Assembly: GCF_000698785.1 (NCBI RefSeq)
Contig: NZ_CP007536.1
Span: 1,230,001-1,262,000, forward strand
Reading direction: 5' to 3'
Origin: Nitrososphaera viennensis EN76
GTDB taxonomy: Archaea; Thermoproteota; Nitrososphaeria; Nitrososphaerales; Nitrososphaeraceae
Length of the DNA: 32,000 nt
In this document: positions 17,603 through 25,574 of the stretch, piece by piece
Position numbering within the stretch: position 1 is the first letter of the stretch
Layout of the letters: each line of letters begins with the position of its first letter
Made by a program: the position numbers and the translations under genes
Notes under the pieces: generated by a model
Database searches by the model: none
The model's input: the letters and a program-made list of their open reading frames with translations, nothing else
What the model was told of the DNA's origin: nothing

Positions 17603-18310
17603 TCAAGTAATAAACATTTTAGAAGTCATATTTTCGTGCGACATCTGCACTATGTCGACCTGCGGGGCAAACTGCCACATGCCTTCAACCGGCCTGTTTA
17701 TGTTTTCATCGACGGTCCTGGCTATCACAGGCTTGAGCTCGTCGATCATCTTCTGGCCTTCAAGGTGCTGGAACATGCCAAGCCGCAGGGCCGCTCCCAC
17801 CATCCCTACCGAAAACGAGTACAGCATGGCAAGGCCTGCCTTCCTCTTTGGGATGGACAGCGCGTTGCACGCAACTGCCAGCGCGACTGGATAGGGGCCA
17901 AAAGCCTGACCGCTCTTTATCGCCGCGGCATATTCGTTGAGCACCTTATCTTTGGTCACAAAAAAGTTCGTGCACCTTAGCATCTGGGTCCCGGACCTTG
18001 CAGAGGCGTTTCTTATCTCCTGGACCAGCTTCATTGAATGCAGGATCTTGTCCACCCGGATAACATTCTTGACGTCGGACTTTGACGCGTACTCGTAGGC
18101 GTTGCCCAGCGCCGCGCAGTCTGCAGGCCCCATCTGGTGCTCGATGTATATCCTTATGAGCTCGCGAAGCTCTGCAGGCTTCATCTTCCTTCCGCTGTAA
18201 AAGAGCGCTTCAAGCCCGTTTGAGGTCGTGTACATCCCGGTCGGAAAGAACGAGTCGGCAAGCTGCATCATGCTCAGGTCTGCGATGTCGCTGCTATCGC
18301 TAGTGCTCAT
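17603..18310 (-). CDS. ureF: urease accessory protein UreF
   Basis: MQLADSFFPTGMYTTSNGLE is the UreF signature. The ATG at 18310 overlaps the ureE end by 11 nt; the track start at 18337 is TTG. Confidence 0.85.
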   Translation of the reverse strand: MSTSDSSDIADLSMMQLADSFFPTGMYTTSNGLEALFYSGRKMKPAELRELIRIYIEHQMGPADCAALGNAYEYASKSDVKNVIRVDKILHSMKLVQEIRNASARSGTQMLRCTNFFVTKDKVLNEYAAAIKSGQAFGPYPVALAVACNALSIPKRKAGLAMLYSFSVGMVGAALRLGMFQHLEGQKMIDELKPVIARTVDENINRPVEGMWQFAPQVDIVQMSHENMTSKMFIT

Positions 18311-18815
18311 GTACGTCCATCCCCTCCTCCGGCTCAAACACCATCCTGGCGCCCCTTATTTCCAGGTGCTCGTTCATATGCCCGAAAAGCTTGCGGAACA
18401 TCTCAAGCTCGCTGTCGGCCTGGATGGGGAAATAGATCCTGCTGCCTTCCAGCTTGATCGGCCTGTGCAGGTTCCCGATTGTGTGGCCTATCCTCACTGG
18501 CACCTCTATCAGGTCGTCTTTATGCAGGTTATCCTTGACCTCCACCACCGCGACATTTTCCGGCTCTAGCTCGACTACCACCATCCTGTCGGCCGTCAAG
18601 AGCACGACATCGCCGTGCCTGAGCTTGCTCCCCGGCGGGAGGACGATTGCAATGTCCGTCCCCTTGTCGGAAGATTTGCGCATCCTTACCCTCTGGGATT
18701 CTAGGCGGCTTATCCTCACCGTCTCGCCCGGGATCTGGCGGTATTTTTCCTTCAGCGAGGCGTCGCGGTAAATGTTGCCAAGTATCGAGGTTGCAGTTAT
18801 CATCGCAGTCGTCAT
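18300..18815 (-). CDS. ureE: urease accessory metallochaperone UreE (no His-rich tail)
   Basis: IGHTIGNLHRPI matches the UreE GNxH motif. It ends ...DVHEH. The ATG at 18815 lies 4 nt after the upstream stop. Confidence 0.8.
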   Translation of the reverse strand: MTTAMITATSILGNIYRDASLKEKYRQIPGETVRISRLESQRVRMRKSSDKGTDIAIVLPPGSKLRHGDVVLLTADRMVVVELEPENVAVVEVKDNLHKDDLIEVPVRIGHTIGNLHRPIKLEGSRIYFPIQADSELEMFRKLFGHMNEHLEIRGARMVFEPEEGMDVHEH

Positions 18816-18819
18816 TATT

Positions 18820-19152
18820 TTATTCAGGCAACCCCTTCTTTTTCTTCTTTGATTCTGCAATTATGGCGTCTTTATTTACGACTCTTATCATGTCTGCCAG
18901 CCTCTTGGTATAGTCGACTGTTCCATAGTGCTTGTAGGCCGACCTGTCAACCGTAGCAAAGATCATGCCGCTGTCGTCCATTTTTACGCGGGCGCCTTTT
19001 TCAAATTTTTCTGCTATGATGCAGGTCGTGACCCTGTGATCTTGAAAGTCAAGATTCAGGTGCGAGGCAGGGTCGACAAGCCCCGACATCGAGTCTATCT
19101 TGCCAGCAAACACCGTGACGTGCCTTACCTGCGTGGGATCTATCACCTTCAT
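18820..19152 (-). CDS. hypothetical protein inside the urease cluster (110 aa from the ATG; 130 aa if the GTG at 19212 is used)
   Basis: ORF between the chaperonin paralog and ureE. The ATG at 19152 is preceded by GGGAGA. An alternative GTG at 19212 overlaps the chaperonin stop as GTGA. Lys-rich C-terminus. No family recognised. Confidence 0.5.
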   Translation of the reverse strand: MKVIDPTQVRHVTVFAGKIDSMSGLVDPASHLNLDFQDHRVTTCIIAEKFEKGARVKMDDSGMIFATVDRSAYKHYGTVDYTKRLADMIRVVNKDAIIAESKKKKKGLPE

Positions 19153-19208
19153 GTCTTCTCCCACGTTTGCTTCCTCGACGCAGTGCCGGATTTGCAATTT
19201 TATCAGCG

Positions 19209-20783
19209 TCACCTCTTTGTTTCCGTCATTGCCTGCGGGCTCAGGTCCTCGGCCGCAAGGTTCCTGTCTATGCGCAGGACCGACTTGGCTATCTCGCCGG
19301 CGGCCTTTAACGCCATGGTCTTGACCATGAGCGGATCTATGACCCCGATGTTCCACATGTCCACCGGCTCGCCAGAGTTGATGTCGATGCCGTAGCCGGG
19401 TGGAGAGGTCTTGGCGGTCATGACCCTTTCAAGCCCGTTAAATCCTGCGTTGGTCAGTATCTGCCGCATTATGCTTTCCAGCGCGGCGGCTACCACTTCG
19501 AGGCCCACCTGCTCAAGCCCCTTGAGCCTCGCGTTCTTGACCTTGTCCATTATGTGCAGCTCCGCAGCGCCTCCTCCCGGGACCACGCCCGTGTTAAGGG
19601 CCGCCTCGGCCGCGTTTACGCCGTCAATTGCCGCCCGCCATCTCTCAAGCGACGTCTCTTTGGTCGTTCCCGAGACCACTATGGTCACCATGTTTTTGCC
19701 GGCGCCGCCTTCGATGTATACGATGCCGTTGTCCTCGTCTTCGTAGATCCGCTCGGCCCTGCCCAGGATGTCGTGCTTTTTCAGGTCGTCGGCCACCCTT
19801 GCGGGCTTGGCGCCGGTGTACCTTGTCAGGTGGTCGATCTCCTCCGTGGCTACCCTTGCTGCAAAGACGCCCCTTGCCACAAGCATGTCCTCGACGGCCT
19901 GGTCCACCTCCGGCGACGCGATCAGGATCGCGTTGGCGCCGGTCTTGAGCATTGCGTCGACCATTTCCCGGGACTTGGCCATCCTGTCGTTTTCCATGAG
20001 CAGGATCTCTTGGTAGTTCTTGTTCTCCTTGATCCACGACTCCTTGACGGGCTTTAGGTCCATCTTTGTGATCAGAATCCTTGCGCCCCTCACTTCCTGC
20101 GGGACCTCCGGGTCGAGCCTCTTTCGTTCAAGCACTATTCCGTTGACCACCTGGTCGTCCATGCTGGTCTTGCGAAGCACCATGATGGCCTTGCCAAAGT
20201 CGTACTCGCCGTTGTACTTGGCGTTTTCGCCCACTGTCCGGAGGGCGGTGATGACCATCTTGGCGAGCCGGGCGCCGTCCAGTTTCGAGGAGAGCGAGGT
20301 CGTCACCACGTGCTCCAGCTCGCGATCGTTGATGGATATGGACTTGGCATCCTCCTCAAGAAGCTGGCAGGCATGCCTGACGCCGCTTTCGATGCCCTCG
20401 ACCACCTTGGTCGGGTGGACCCCAAGCTCCTTTATGAGCCGCTTGCCTTCCTTTATCATCTCTGCAGACATTACCACTGCCGTGGTCGTCCCGTCCCCGA
20501 CCAGCTGCTCCTGCCTCTCTGCTATCTCCACTATCATTCTTGCAACGGGGTGGATGGCCTTGAGCGAGAGCAGGATGGTGACGCCGTCGTTTGAAACGTG
20601 CCTGTTCATGGCCTGGTCTATAAGCAGCTTGTCCAGGCCCTTTGGGCCCAGAGTCGTCCTCACGCAGTCGGCCACCGCCATGACCGCGCTTGAATTTGAT
20701 TCCAGAGCGTTGTACTCCACGTGCTCTGCTATTGGACGCCAGACTCCATAATTAGGTGCGGACATATTGGCAGCCGTTTGCAT
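19209..20783 (-). CDS. divergent group II chaperonin (thermosome/CCT-like) paralog
   Basis: TTLGPKGLDKLL, NDGVTIL, GDGTTT, VVPGGGAAE and IDPLMVK motifs. 524 aa. An alternative ATG at 20765 fits the TATA-like box better. Confidence 0.85.
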   Translation of the reverse strand: MQTAANMSAPNYGVWRPIAEHVEYNALESNSSAVMAVADCVRTTLGPKGLDKLLIDQAMNRHVSNDGVTILLSLKAIHPVARMIVEIAERQEQLVGDGTTTAVVMSAEMIKEGKRLIKELGVHPTKVVEGIESGVRHACQLLEEDAKSISINDRELEHVVTTSLSSKLDGARLAKMVITALRTVGENAKYNGEYDFGKAIMVLRKTSMDDQVVNGIVLERKRLDPEVPQEVRGARILITKMDLKPVKESWIKENKNYQEILLMENDRMAKSREMVDAMLKTGANAILIASPEVDQAVEDMLVARGVFAARVATEEIDHLTRYTGAKPARVADDLKKHDILGRAERIYEDEDNGIVYIEGGAGKNMVTIVVSGTTKETSLERWRAAIDGVNAAEAALNTGVVPGGGAAELHIMDKVKNARLKGLEQVGLEVVAAALESIMRQILTNAGFNGLERVMTAKTSPPGYGIDINSGEPVDMWNIGVIDPLMVKTMALKAAGEIAKSVLRIDRNLAAEDLSPQAMTETKR

Positions 20784-20803
20784 TTCGGTCGAGATAAAGG
20801 TAT

Positions 20804-20832
20804 ATTGCGCATGTATGCAAAAAATTGCGCAT
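20804..20832. promoter_or_regulatory. two direct ATTGCGCAT repeats 20 nt apart, next to a TATA-like box upstream of the chaperonin paralog
   Basis: Copies at 20804-20812 and 20824-20832. On the gene strand the order is ATGCGCAAT-N11-ATGCGCAAT-ATACCTTTAT. Confidence 0.4.
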
Positions 20833-20863
20833 TTCAGGCAAGGATTGAAAAGAAATTGAAGGG

Positions 20864-20881
20864 AGTGGGCGCAGGCCCACT
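20864..20881 (-). terminator. stem-loop plus T-rich tract just after ureC
   Basis: AGTGGGC-ctgc-GCCCACT is a perfect 7-bp stem beginning 14 nt after the ureC stop. It is followed on the gene strand by cccttcaatttcttttc. Confidence 0.4.
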
Positions 20882-20894
20882 TTATCCTCTTCTT

Positions 20895-22622
20895 CTAGGC
20901 CATGAAGTACCTCTGCGCCAGCGACAGCTCCTCCGCAGGCCCCACGGTTGCGATCTTGCCGTCCAGCTTGACCTCGTACGTCTCTGGGTCGATGGTTATC
21001 TTGGGTGTCGCGTCGTTCCACATCATGTTCTTCTTGCTGATGTTCCTGCAGTTTTTGACAGGCAGGCAGATTTTTTCCAGGCCCAGCTTTTGCGGGACGC
21101 CCAGCTCCATCGCCCTCTTGGACGTGAAGGTGTAGCTCGTCTTGTGGACTGCCTTGCCCATGGCGCCAAACATCGGTCTGTAGTAGACCGGCTCAGGGGT
21201 CGGGAGCGACGCGTTGGGGTCGCCCATTATCGACCATGCAATAAAGCCTCCTTTCAGAACCATCTTGGGCTTGGCGGGGAAGAACGACATTGGATACATC
21301 ACAATGTCCGCGTACTTGCCCACTTCAAGCGATCCAAGGTACTCCGAGACGCCGTGCGTTATGGCGGGGTTTATCGTGGTCTTGGCGATGTACCTCTTTG
21401 CCCGGAAATTGTCGTTGTCGCTTGCATCCTGCTCTAGCTTGCCCTTCATCTTCTTCATCTTGTCTGCAGTCTGCCACGCGCGGATGACCACCTCGCCTAT
21501 CCTCCCCATCGCCTGGCTGTCTGACGAGTACATGGAAAGCACACCCTCGTCGTGCAGGACGTCCTCTGCTGCGATGGTTTCCGCCCTGATCCTGGACTCG
21601 GCAAACGCCACGTCTTCAGCGACTGCAGGGTTCAGGTGGTGACAGAACATCAGCATGTCCAGGTGCTCGTCCACGGTGTTCTTGGTGTAGGGTCTTGTCG
21701 GGTTGGTCGACGACGGCAGCGCAAACATCTCTCCGGCGATCTTCATGATGTCCGGCGCGTGTCCCCCGCCGGCCCCTTCCGTGTGGTACGTGTGGACCAC
21801 CCTGCCGTCTATAGCGTTGATGGTATCCTCGACGTACGCGCACTCGTTTATAGAGTCGGTGTGGATTGCGACCTGCGTGTCCGTAAGGTCCGCCGCCCTG
21901 AGCGAGGCGTCCAGAACGGCCGCGGTGGTGCCCCAGTCCTCGTGATCCTTCAGGCCGCAGACGCCCGCGTCAATCTGCTCAAGCTGGGTCGCCAGCGTCG
22001 GATGCGAGTCGTTTCCTTTGCCCAAAAAGCCCCAGTTCATTGGAGTGTCCTCGACTGCTTCCATCATCCTGCTTATGTTGTACACGCCGGGCGTGCACGT
22101 TGTCGCGTTTGTGCCGTCCGCAGGCCCGGTTCCTCCGCCTATCATGTTGCAGATGCCGTTGCTGATGCCGTCTATGTACTGCTGCGGGGCGATCATGTGT
22201 ATGTGCGTGTCAAAGTGGCCGGGCGTGCATATCGTATGCTCGCCGGCGGTCGCTTCCGTGCAGGCCGACACCACCATGTTCGGGTTAACCCCGTCCATTG
22301 TGAGCGGGTTGCCGGCCTTTCCAACCCCTGCTATCTTGCCGTCCTTGATGCCAATATCAGCCTTGACTATCCCAAGCACGGGATCCAGGATGACCGCGTT
22401 TGTTATGACAAAGTCCAAGGCGCCATTCTTGTTCGTGACACCGGGCGTCTGGGCAAGGCCGTCTCTGAGCGTCTTGCCTCCGCCAAAGACACACTCGTCT
22501 CCAGGCGTGATAAGATCTTTTTCTATCTGTATCATGAGGTCCGTGTCTCCAAGCCTCACCTTGTCGCCGGTGGTCGGCCCGAACAGGTCGGTGTATTGTT
22601 TGCGGGTTAATTTCAGGACCAT
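20895..22622 (-). CDS. ureC: urease alpha subunit
   Basis: 575 aa. N-terminal [29 protein letters not shown] (HxH Ni ligands), the MFCHHLNP region and TINPAITHG. Confidence 0.97.
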   Translation of the reverse strand: MVLKLTRKQYTDLFGPTTGDKVRLGDTDLMIQIEKDLITPGDECVFGGGKTLRDGLAQTPGVTNKNGALDFVITNAVILDPVLGIVKADIGIKDGKIAGVGKAGNPLTMDGVNPNMVVSACTEATAGEHTICTPGHFDTHIHMIAPQQYIDGISNGICNMIGGGTGPADGTNATTCTPGVYNISRMMEAVEDTPMNWGFLGKGNDSHPTLATQLEQIDAGVCGLKDHEDWGTTAAVLDASLRAADLTDTQVAIHTDSINECAYVEDTINAIDGRVVHTYHTEGAGGGHAPDIMKIAGEMFALPSSTNPTRPYTKNTVDEHLDMLMFCHHLNPAVAEDVAFAESRIRAETIAAEDVLHDEGVLSMYSSDSQAMGRIGEVVIRAWQTADKMKKMKGKLEQDASDNDNFRAKRYIAKTTINPAITHGVSEYLGSLEVGKYADIVMYPMSFFPAKPKMVLKGGFIAWSIMGDPNASLPTPEPVYYRPMFGAMGKAVHKTSYTFTSKRAMELGVPQKLGLEKICLPVKNCRNISKKNMMWNDATPKITIDPETYEVKLDGKIATVGPAEELSLAQRYFMA

Positions 22623-22636
22623 TTTCTTCTCCGCTC

Positions 22637-23005
22637 CTAAGCTCCGTTAAAGCCCTGCTTCTGGGCTTTTTCGACGGCTGCGCGCATGACCATGCTCGAG
22701 TTCAGGCTGCCCATGGTCAGGCCGTTGAACCCGAAGCAGACCCTGGCGCCTCCTATTTCACACAGCTCCACCTCTTTGCTGTCCCCCGGCTCGAACCTTA
22801 TCGAAGTGCCGGCCGGTATGTTGAGCCTGTAGCCGAACGCCTTTTCCCGCGGAAAGTCAAGTGCCCTGTTTACTTCAAAGAAATGCGTATGCGAACCTAT
22901 CTGGCAAGGCCTGTCCCCCTTGTTCTTCACGGTGATCTTTACCGTCTTTCTGTTTGTGTTGCACATCACCGGTTCAGAGGCCAGAACGTATTCACCGGGC
23001 ATCAT
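22637..23005 (-). CDS. ureB: urease beta subunit
   Basis: MMPGEY...[17 protein letters not shown]...[18 protein letters not shown]. The ATG at 23005 is preceded by AAGGAGGT. An in-frame GTG at 23083 would add a 26-aa Lys-rich extension. Confidence 0.88.
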   Translation of the reverse strand: MMPGEYVLASEPVMCNTNRKTVKITVKNKGDRPCQIGSHTHFFEVNRALDFPREKAFGYRLNIPAGTSIRFEPGDSKEVELCEIGGARVCFGFNGLTMGSLNSSMVMRAAVEKAQKQGFNGA

Positions 23006-23089
23006 TGGCCTAGCGACCTCCTTTTTTTTGATGATTTTCTTTTGGCTTCTTCTTTTTTTTGTTTTACCATTTGTTTTCTTCACCCACTC

Positions 23090-23392
23090 CTATTGTACTG
23101 GATCATGCACGGTGACCAGCTTTGTGCCGTCTGGAAAAGTCGCTTCCACTTGGACCGTGTGAATCATGTCCGGCACTCCGGACATAACGTCGTTTTTCTT
23201 CAGGATGGTTCTGGCAGACTGCATCAGCTGTGCGACGGTTTTTCCTTCTCTTGCGCCCTCCACGACATAGTTGGCTATATAAGCCACCGTCTCTGGGTAA
23301 TTCAGTTTTATACCTCGCTTTTTCCTCCCTTCAGCGATCTGGGCAGCCGTCCAGATCCACATCTTTTCCATCTCTCTTGGTGCAAGCATCAT
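23090..23392 (-). CDS. ureA: urease gamma subunit
   Basis: 100 aa. [12 protein letters not shown]...[10 protein letters not shown]...[19 protein letters not shown]. Confidence 0.92.
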   Translation of the reverse strand: MMLAPREMEKMWIWTAAQIAEGRKKRGIKLNYPETVAYIANYVVEGAREGKTVAQLMQSARTILKKNDVMSGVPDMIHTVQVEATFPDGTKLVTVHDPVQ

Positions 23393-23517
23393 TTTGTTTG
23401 CATGACCTCAGAGTCCGATAGAGTAGTGAACTATTTTAGATTTAGAAACTAACTAGCTCAATAAATACAGCCATGAGCACGCCGGAAAAACGCGCCGGGC
23501 GGACGAGCCGCAATTTA

Positions 23518-23539
23518 GCCGACGTCGACTGAATTTTTT
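23518..23539. repeat. left copy of a 22-nt inverted repeat (GCCGACGTCGACTGAATTTTTT)
   Basis: Its reverse complement matches 25456-25477 at 21 of 22 positions. The site is itself part of an imperfect 24-nt palindrome centred on GAC|GTC. Confidence 0.75.
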
Positions 23540-23552
23540 TAGAGTATCGTCT

Positions 23553-24158
23553 TTACTTTTCTGCTATCCTTATTGGAAGGGCAACTCCAAGCCAGAAAAA
23601 GACAGACTCGTACAGCCCGTTCTTGTTCACTGGCAGCGTGAAATCGTAGGTCTTGCCGTCCGTCGTCTTGATGGTCAGAAAGTTTGAGACTATGGCCCGC
23701 CCCATCATGTTTGTCACCATAGTTTCCCACCCCTTGCGGAGGGTAAACTCGCGCATGTCCGAGTACCAGATGGAGTAGCCAAAGTTCTCGCTCCGGAGAA
23801 GGTCTTCAGGAGTAAAGTTTGCCTGCTTTCGGATCTTTGAAGTGTCGTCTTTGCCACCATCATTATTATTATTCATGGTCAGCAGGTACGGGTACGGCGC
23901 AAGCCCGGCCACGTACCCAAGGTCGGCGAATTTTGCCAGGAAGCTTTTCTTGGACACGATAACCCGCTCGGTGGTAAAGTCGAGCGTAAAGTTCTTTGAC
24001 CAGCCGCCCTTGCTCTCGGAACTCAGCCGCAAGACGACTTCTTCCAGATGGTTCTCCTTGCACCAAGCCATGTAGGTTCTCACCCTTTCCGAGTCTGACA
24101 TGCCCGGCAGTTTTCCCTTGTACCGTTTTGTGAACCTGTCAAATGTTTGCGGGTTCAT
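23553..24158 (-). CDS. hypothetical protein (201 aa) between the UT gene and ureA
   Basis: Clean ATG ORF with no hydrophobic segments and a poly-Asn/Asp-rich central loop. No family recognised. Confidence 0.6.
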   Translation of the reverse strand: MNPQTFDRFTKRYKGKLPGMSDSERVRTYMAWCKENHLEEVVLRLSSESKGGWSKNFTLDFTTERVIVSKKSFLAKFADLGYVAGLAPYPYLLTMNNNNDGGKDDTSKIRKQANFTPEDLLRSENFGYSIWYSDMREFTLRKGWETMVTNMMGRAIVSNFLTIKTTDGKTYDFTLPVNKNGLYESVFFWLGVALPIRIAEK

Positions 24159-24168
24159 TTTTCATTTC

Positions 24169-24209
24169 CACACACACAGAGAGATAGGGATATACACGCG
24201 CGCGTATGT
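24169..24209. repeat. (CA)5(GA)3 followed by a 20-nt perfect alternating purine-pyrimidine tract
   Basis: cacacacacagagaga at 24169-24184, then atatacacgcgcgcgtatgt at 24190-24209, containing the palindrome ACGCGCGCGT. The tract lies in the UT/201-aa intergenic spacer. Confidence 0.7.
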
Positions 24210-24240
24210 CGGCGAAAAAATTTCTGAGCCGGGATTCCTC

Positions 24241-25449
24241 TCATGGCCTTGACCACCCTATCCCGGCGGGAATGTTCAGGAACCCCGAAGTCGCAAGGAG
24301 GAATACCCACGCAGTAAAGACGAACGGGCCCGTAAGCGCCGGCAGGCCCCACTGGCCGAAGAACCTTTGAAGGCCCGGCATCAGGAAGGAGCAGCCTACC
24401 GTTGCAAACACGGCCATCATAAAAGACTGCGGCGTCAGGGGAACAAAGCTTGTCAGCGCTATCATCACCAGCACCTGATTGAATCCGTGCAACCCCATCC
24501 TTGTCTCTGCGGTGGGCAGCTTTGTCAGTATGGCCATTGCCGCGCCAATGCCCGAGCCAAGGAGGGCCATCAGCCCGGCCAGGTACAGCGGCGAAAACTC
24601 GTCCCACTGCGACGTGTAACCGTTGGTCCACCACGGCCTGTCCTGCACACCGCTGATGAACGGGGCAAGCTCGAACGCAAGCGTCAGACCGACGACCCAG
24701 AACACGCCCGTCTTCCAGTTTTCGACAAAGGTGACCTGCGATACGCCCTTCAGGGTCGCTATCATGAACTCCTTTGCTGTCCACTTGAAGCTGTTGCTTG
24801 TGTTAGGGTTGCCGCTTTCTTTTATCAGCTCCTCTTTGGGCGGCGGGGCCGGAGCCGGCCATATGTCGTGGCCAAACCTCTTGGACGCATACATCATGGC
24901 CCACGTGGTAAAGATGAACGACGACGTAAAGCCCGGTATCGCCCAGGAATTGGCGATGCCGTTCAGTACGAACATGTCTCCCATCAGGTGCGCAAATGCC
25001 ATCCACGTAAATGCGGTGATGGCAGCGCCAAAGACGGAGATAAAGAAGGTGGCCTTGTTGGCCTTGACAAACGGCCCAGACCAGAACGCCATGCCCGTGA
25101 GTATAGAGTTGTAGCCGAACAGGCCGAATGTCACAAGGTCGTACGACGCGCCGGCCATTATCGCTATTCCTGCTCCGATAAGGCCTGACAGCACCATCAT
25201 TCCGCCTGCCTTGCGCGATGCCAGAAACACACCTGCCAGAATCAGTATGCCGGTTATCGGAGAGCTGAAAAGCGGCACTTCCGCGATCCCGTTGAAGAGT
25301 ATGAAGAAGAAATCCATCGCGGGATTTCCAGTAGAGTATGTTGGGATAGCCATTGATTTCCAGTGCGAGGAGTGCGGTTTAACAATTTGTAAGCAAGATG
25401 AATTTATTAATGCAGAATAACCCAAAGCGATCGCAAGAGTCGCAATCAT
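24241..25449 (-). CDS. UT-family urea channel (two-repeat architecture)
   Basis: GLFGYNSILTG and GLHGFNQVL, plus PGFTSSFIFTTW and LTGPFVFTAW, are the paired UT repeat signatures. LKGVSQVTFVEN is also present. Alternative ATGs lie at 25353 and 25317. Confidence 0.85.
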   Translation of the reverse strand: MIATLAIALGYSALINSSCLQIVKPHSSHWKSMAIPTYSTGNPAMDFFFILFNGIAEVPLFSSPITGILILAGVFLASRKAGGMMVLSGLIGAGIAIMAGASYDLVTFGLFGYNSILTGMAFWSGPFVKANKATFFISVFGAAITAFTWMAFAHLMGDMFVLNGIANSWAIPGFTSSFIFTTWAMMYASKRFGHDIWPAPAPPPKEELIKESGNPNTSNSFKWTAKEFMIATLKGVSQVTFVENWKTGVFWVVGLTLAFELAPFISGVQDRPWWTNGYTSQWDEFSPLYLAGLMALLGSGIGAAMAILTKLPTAETRMGLHGFNQVLVMIALTSFVPLTPQSFMMAVFATVGCSFLMPGLQRFFGQWGLPALTGPFVFTAWVFLLATSGFLNIPAGIGWSRP

Positions 25450-25455
25450 CTAGAT

Positions 25456-25477
25456 AAAAAATTTAGTCGACGTCGGC
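25456..25477. repeat. right copy of the 22-nt inverted repeat (AAAAAATTTAGTCGACGTCGGC)
   Basis: Matches the reverse complement of 23518-23539 at 21 of 22 positions. It begins 7 nt beyond the UT ATG at 25449. Confidence 0.75.
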
Positions 25478-25574
25478 AAAAGTTTCTAGACAGGCAAGTA
25501 AGCAGGCACGAGATCGGCAGGCCCCTCCAATCACGGCGAATATGCTGCCTTACCGGTTATACTACTACAGCGGC

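Noticed and set aside
18820-19356. The full 178-aa track ORF as the small protein upstream of ureE.
   Set aside because: Its first 48 codons overlap the 3' end of the chaperonin gene out of frame and are Arg/Gly/His-rich. Plausible starts are GTG 19212 or ATG 19152.
24155-24784. A 209-aa minus-strand ORF overlapping the UT gene in another frame.
   Set aside because: It has Arg/Gly/Asp-rich composition. The UT frame carries both paired UT signature motifs.
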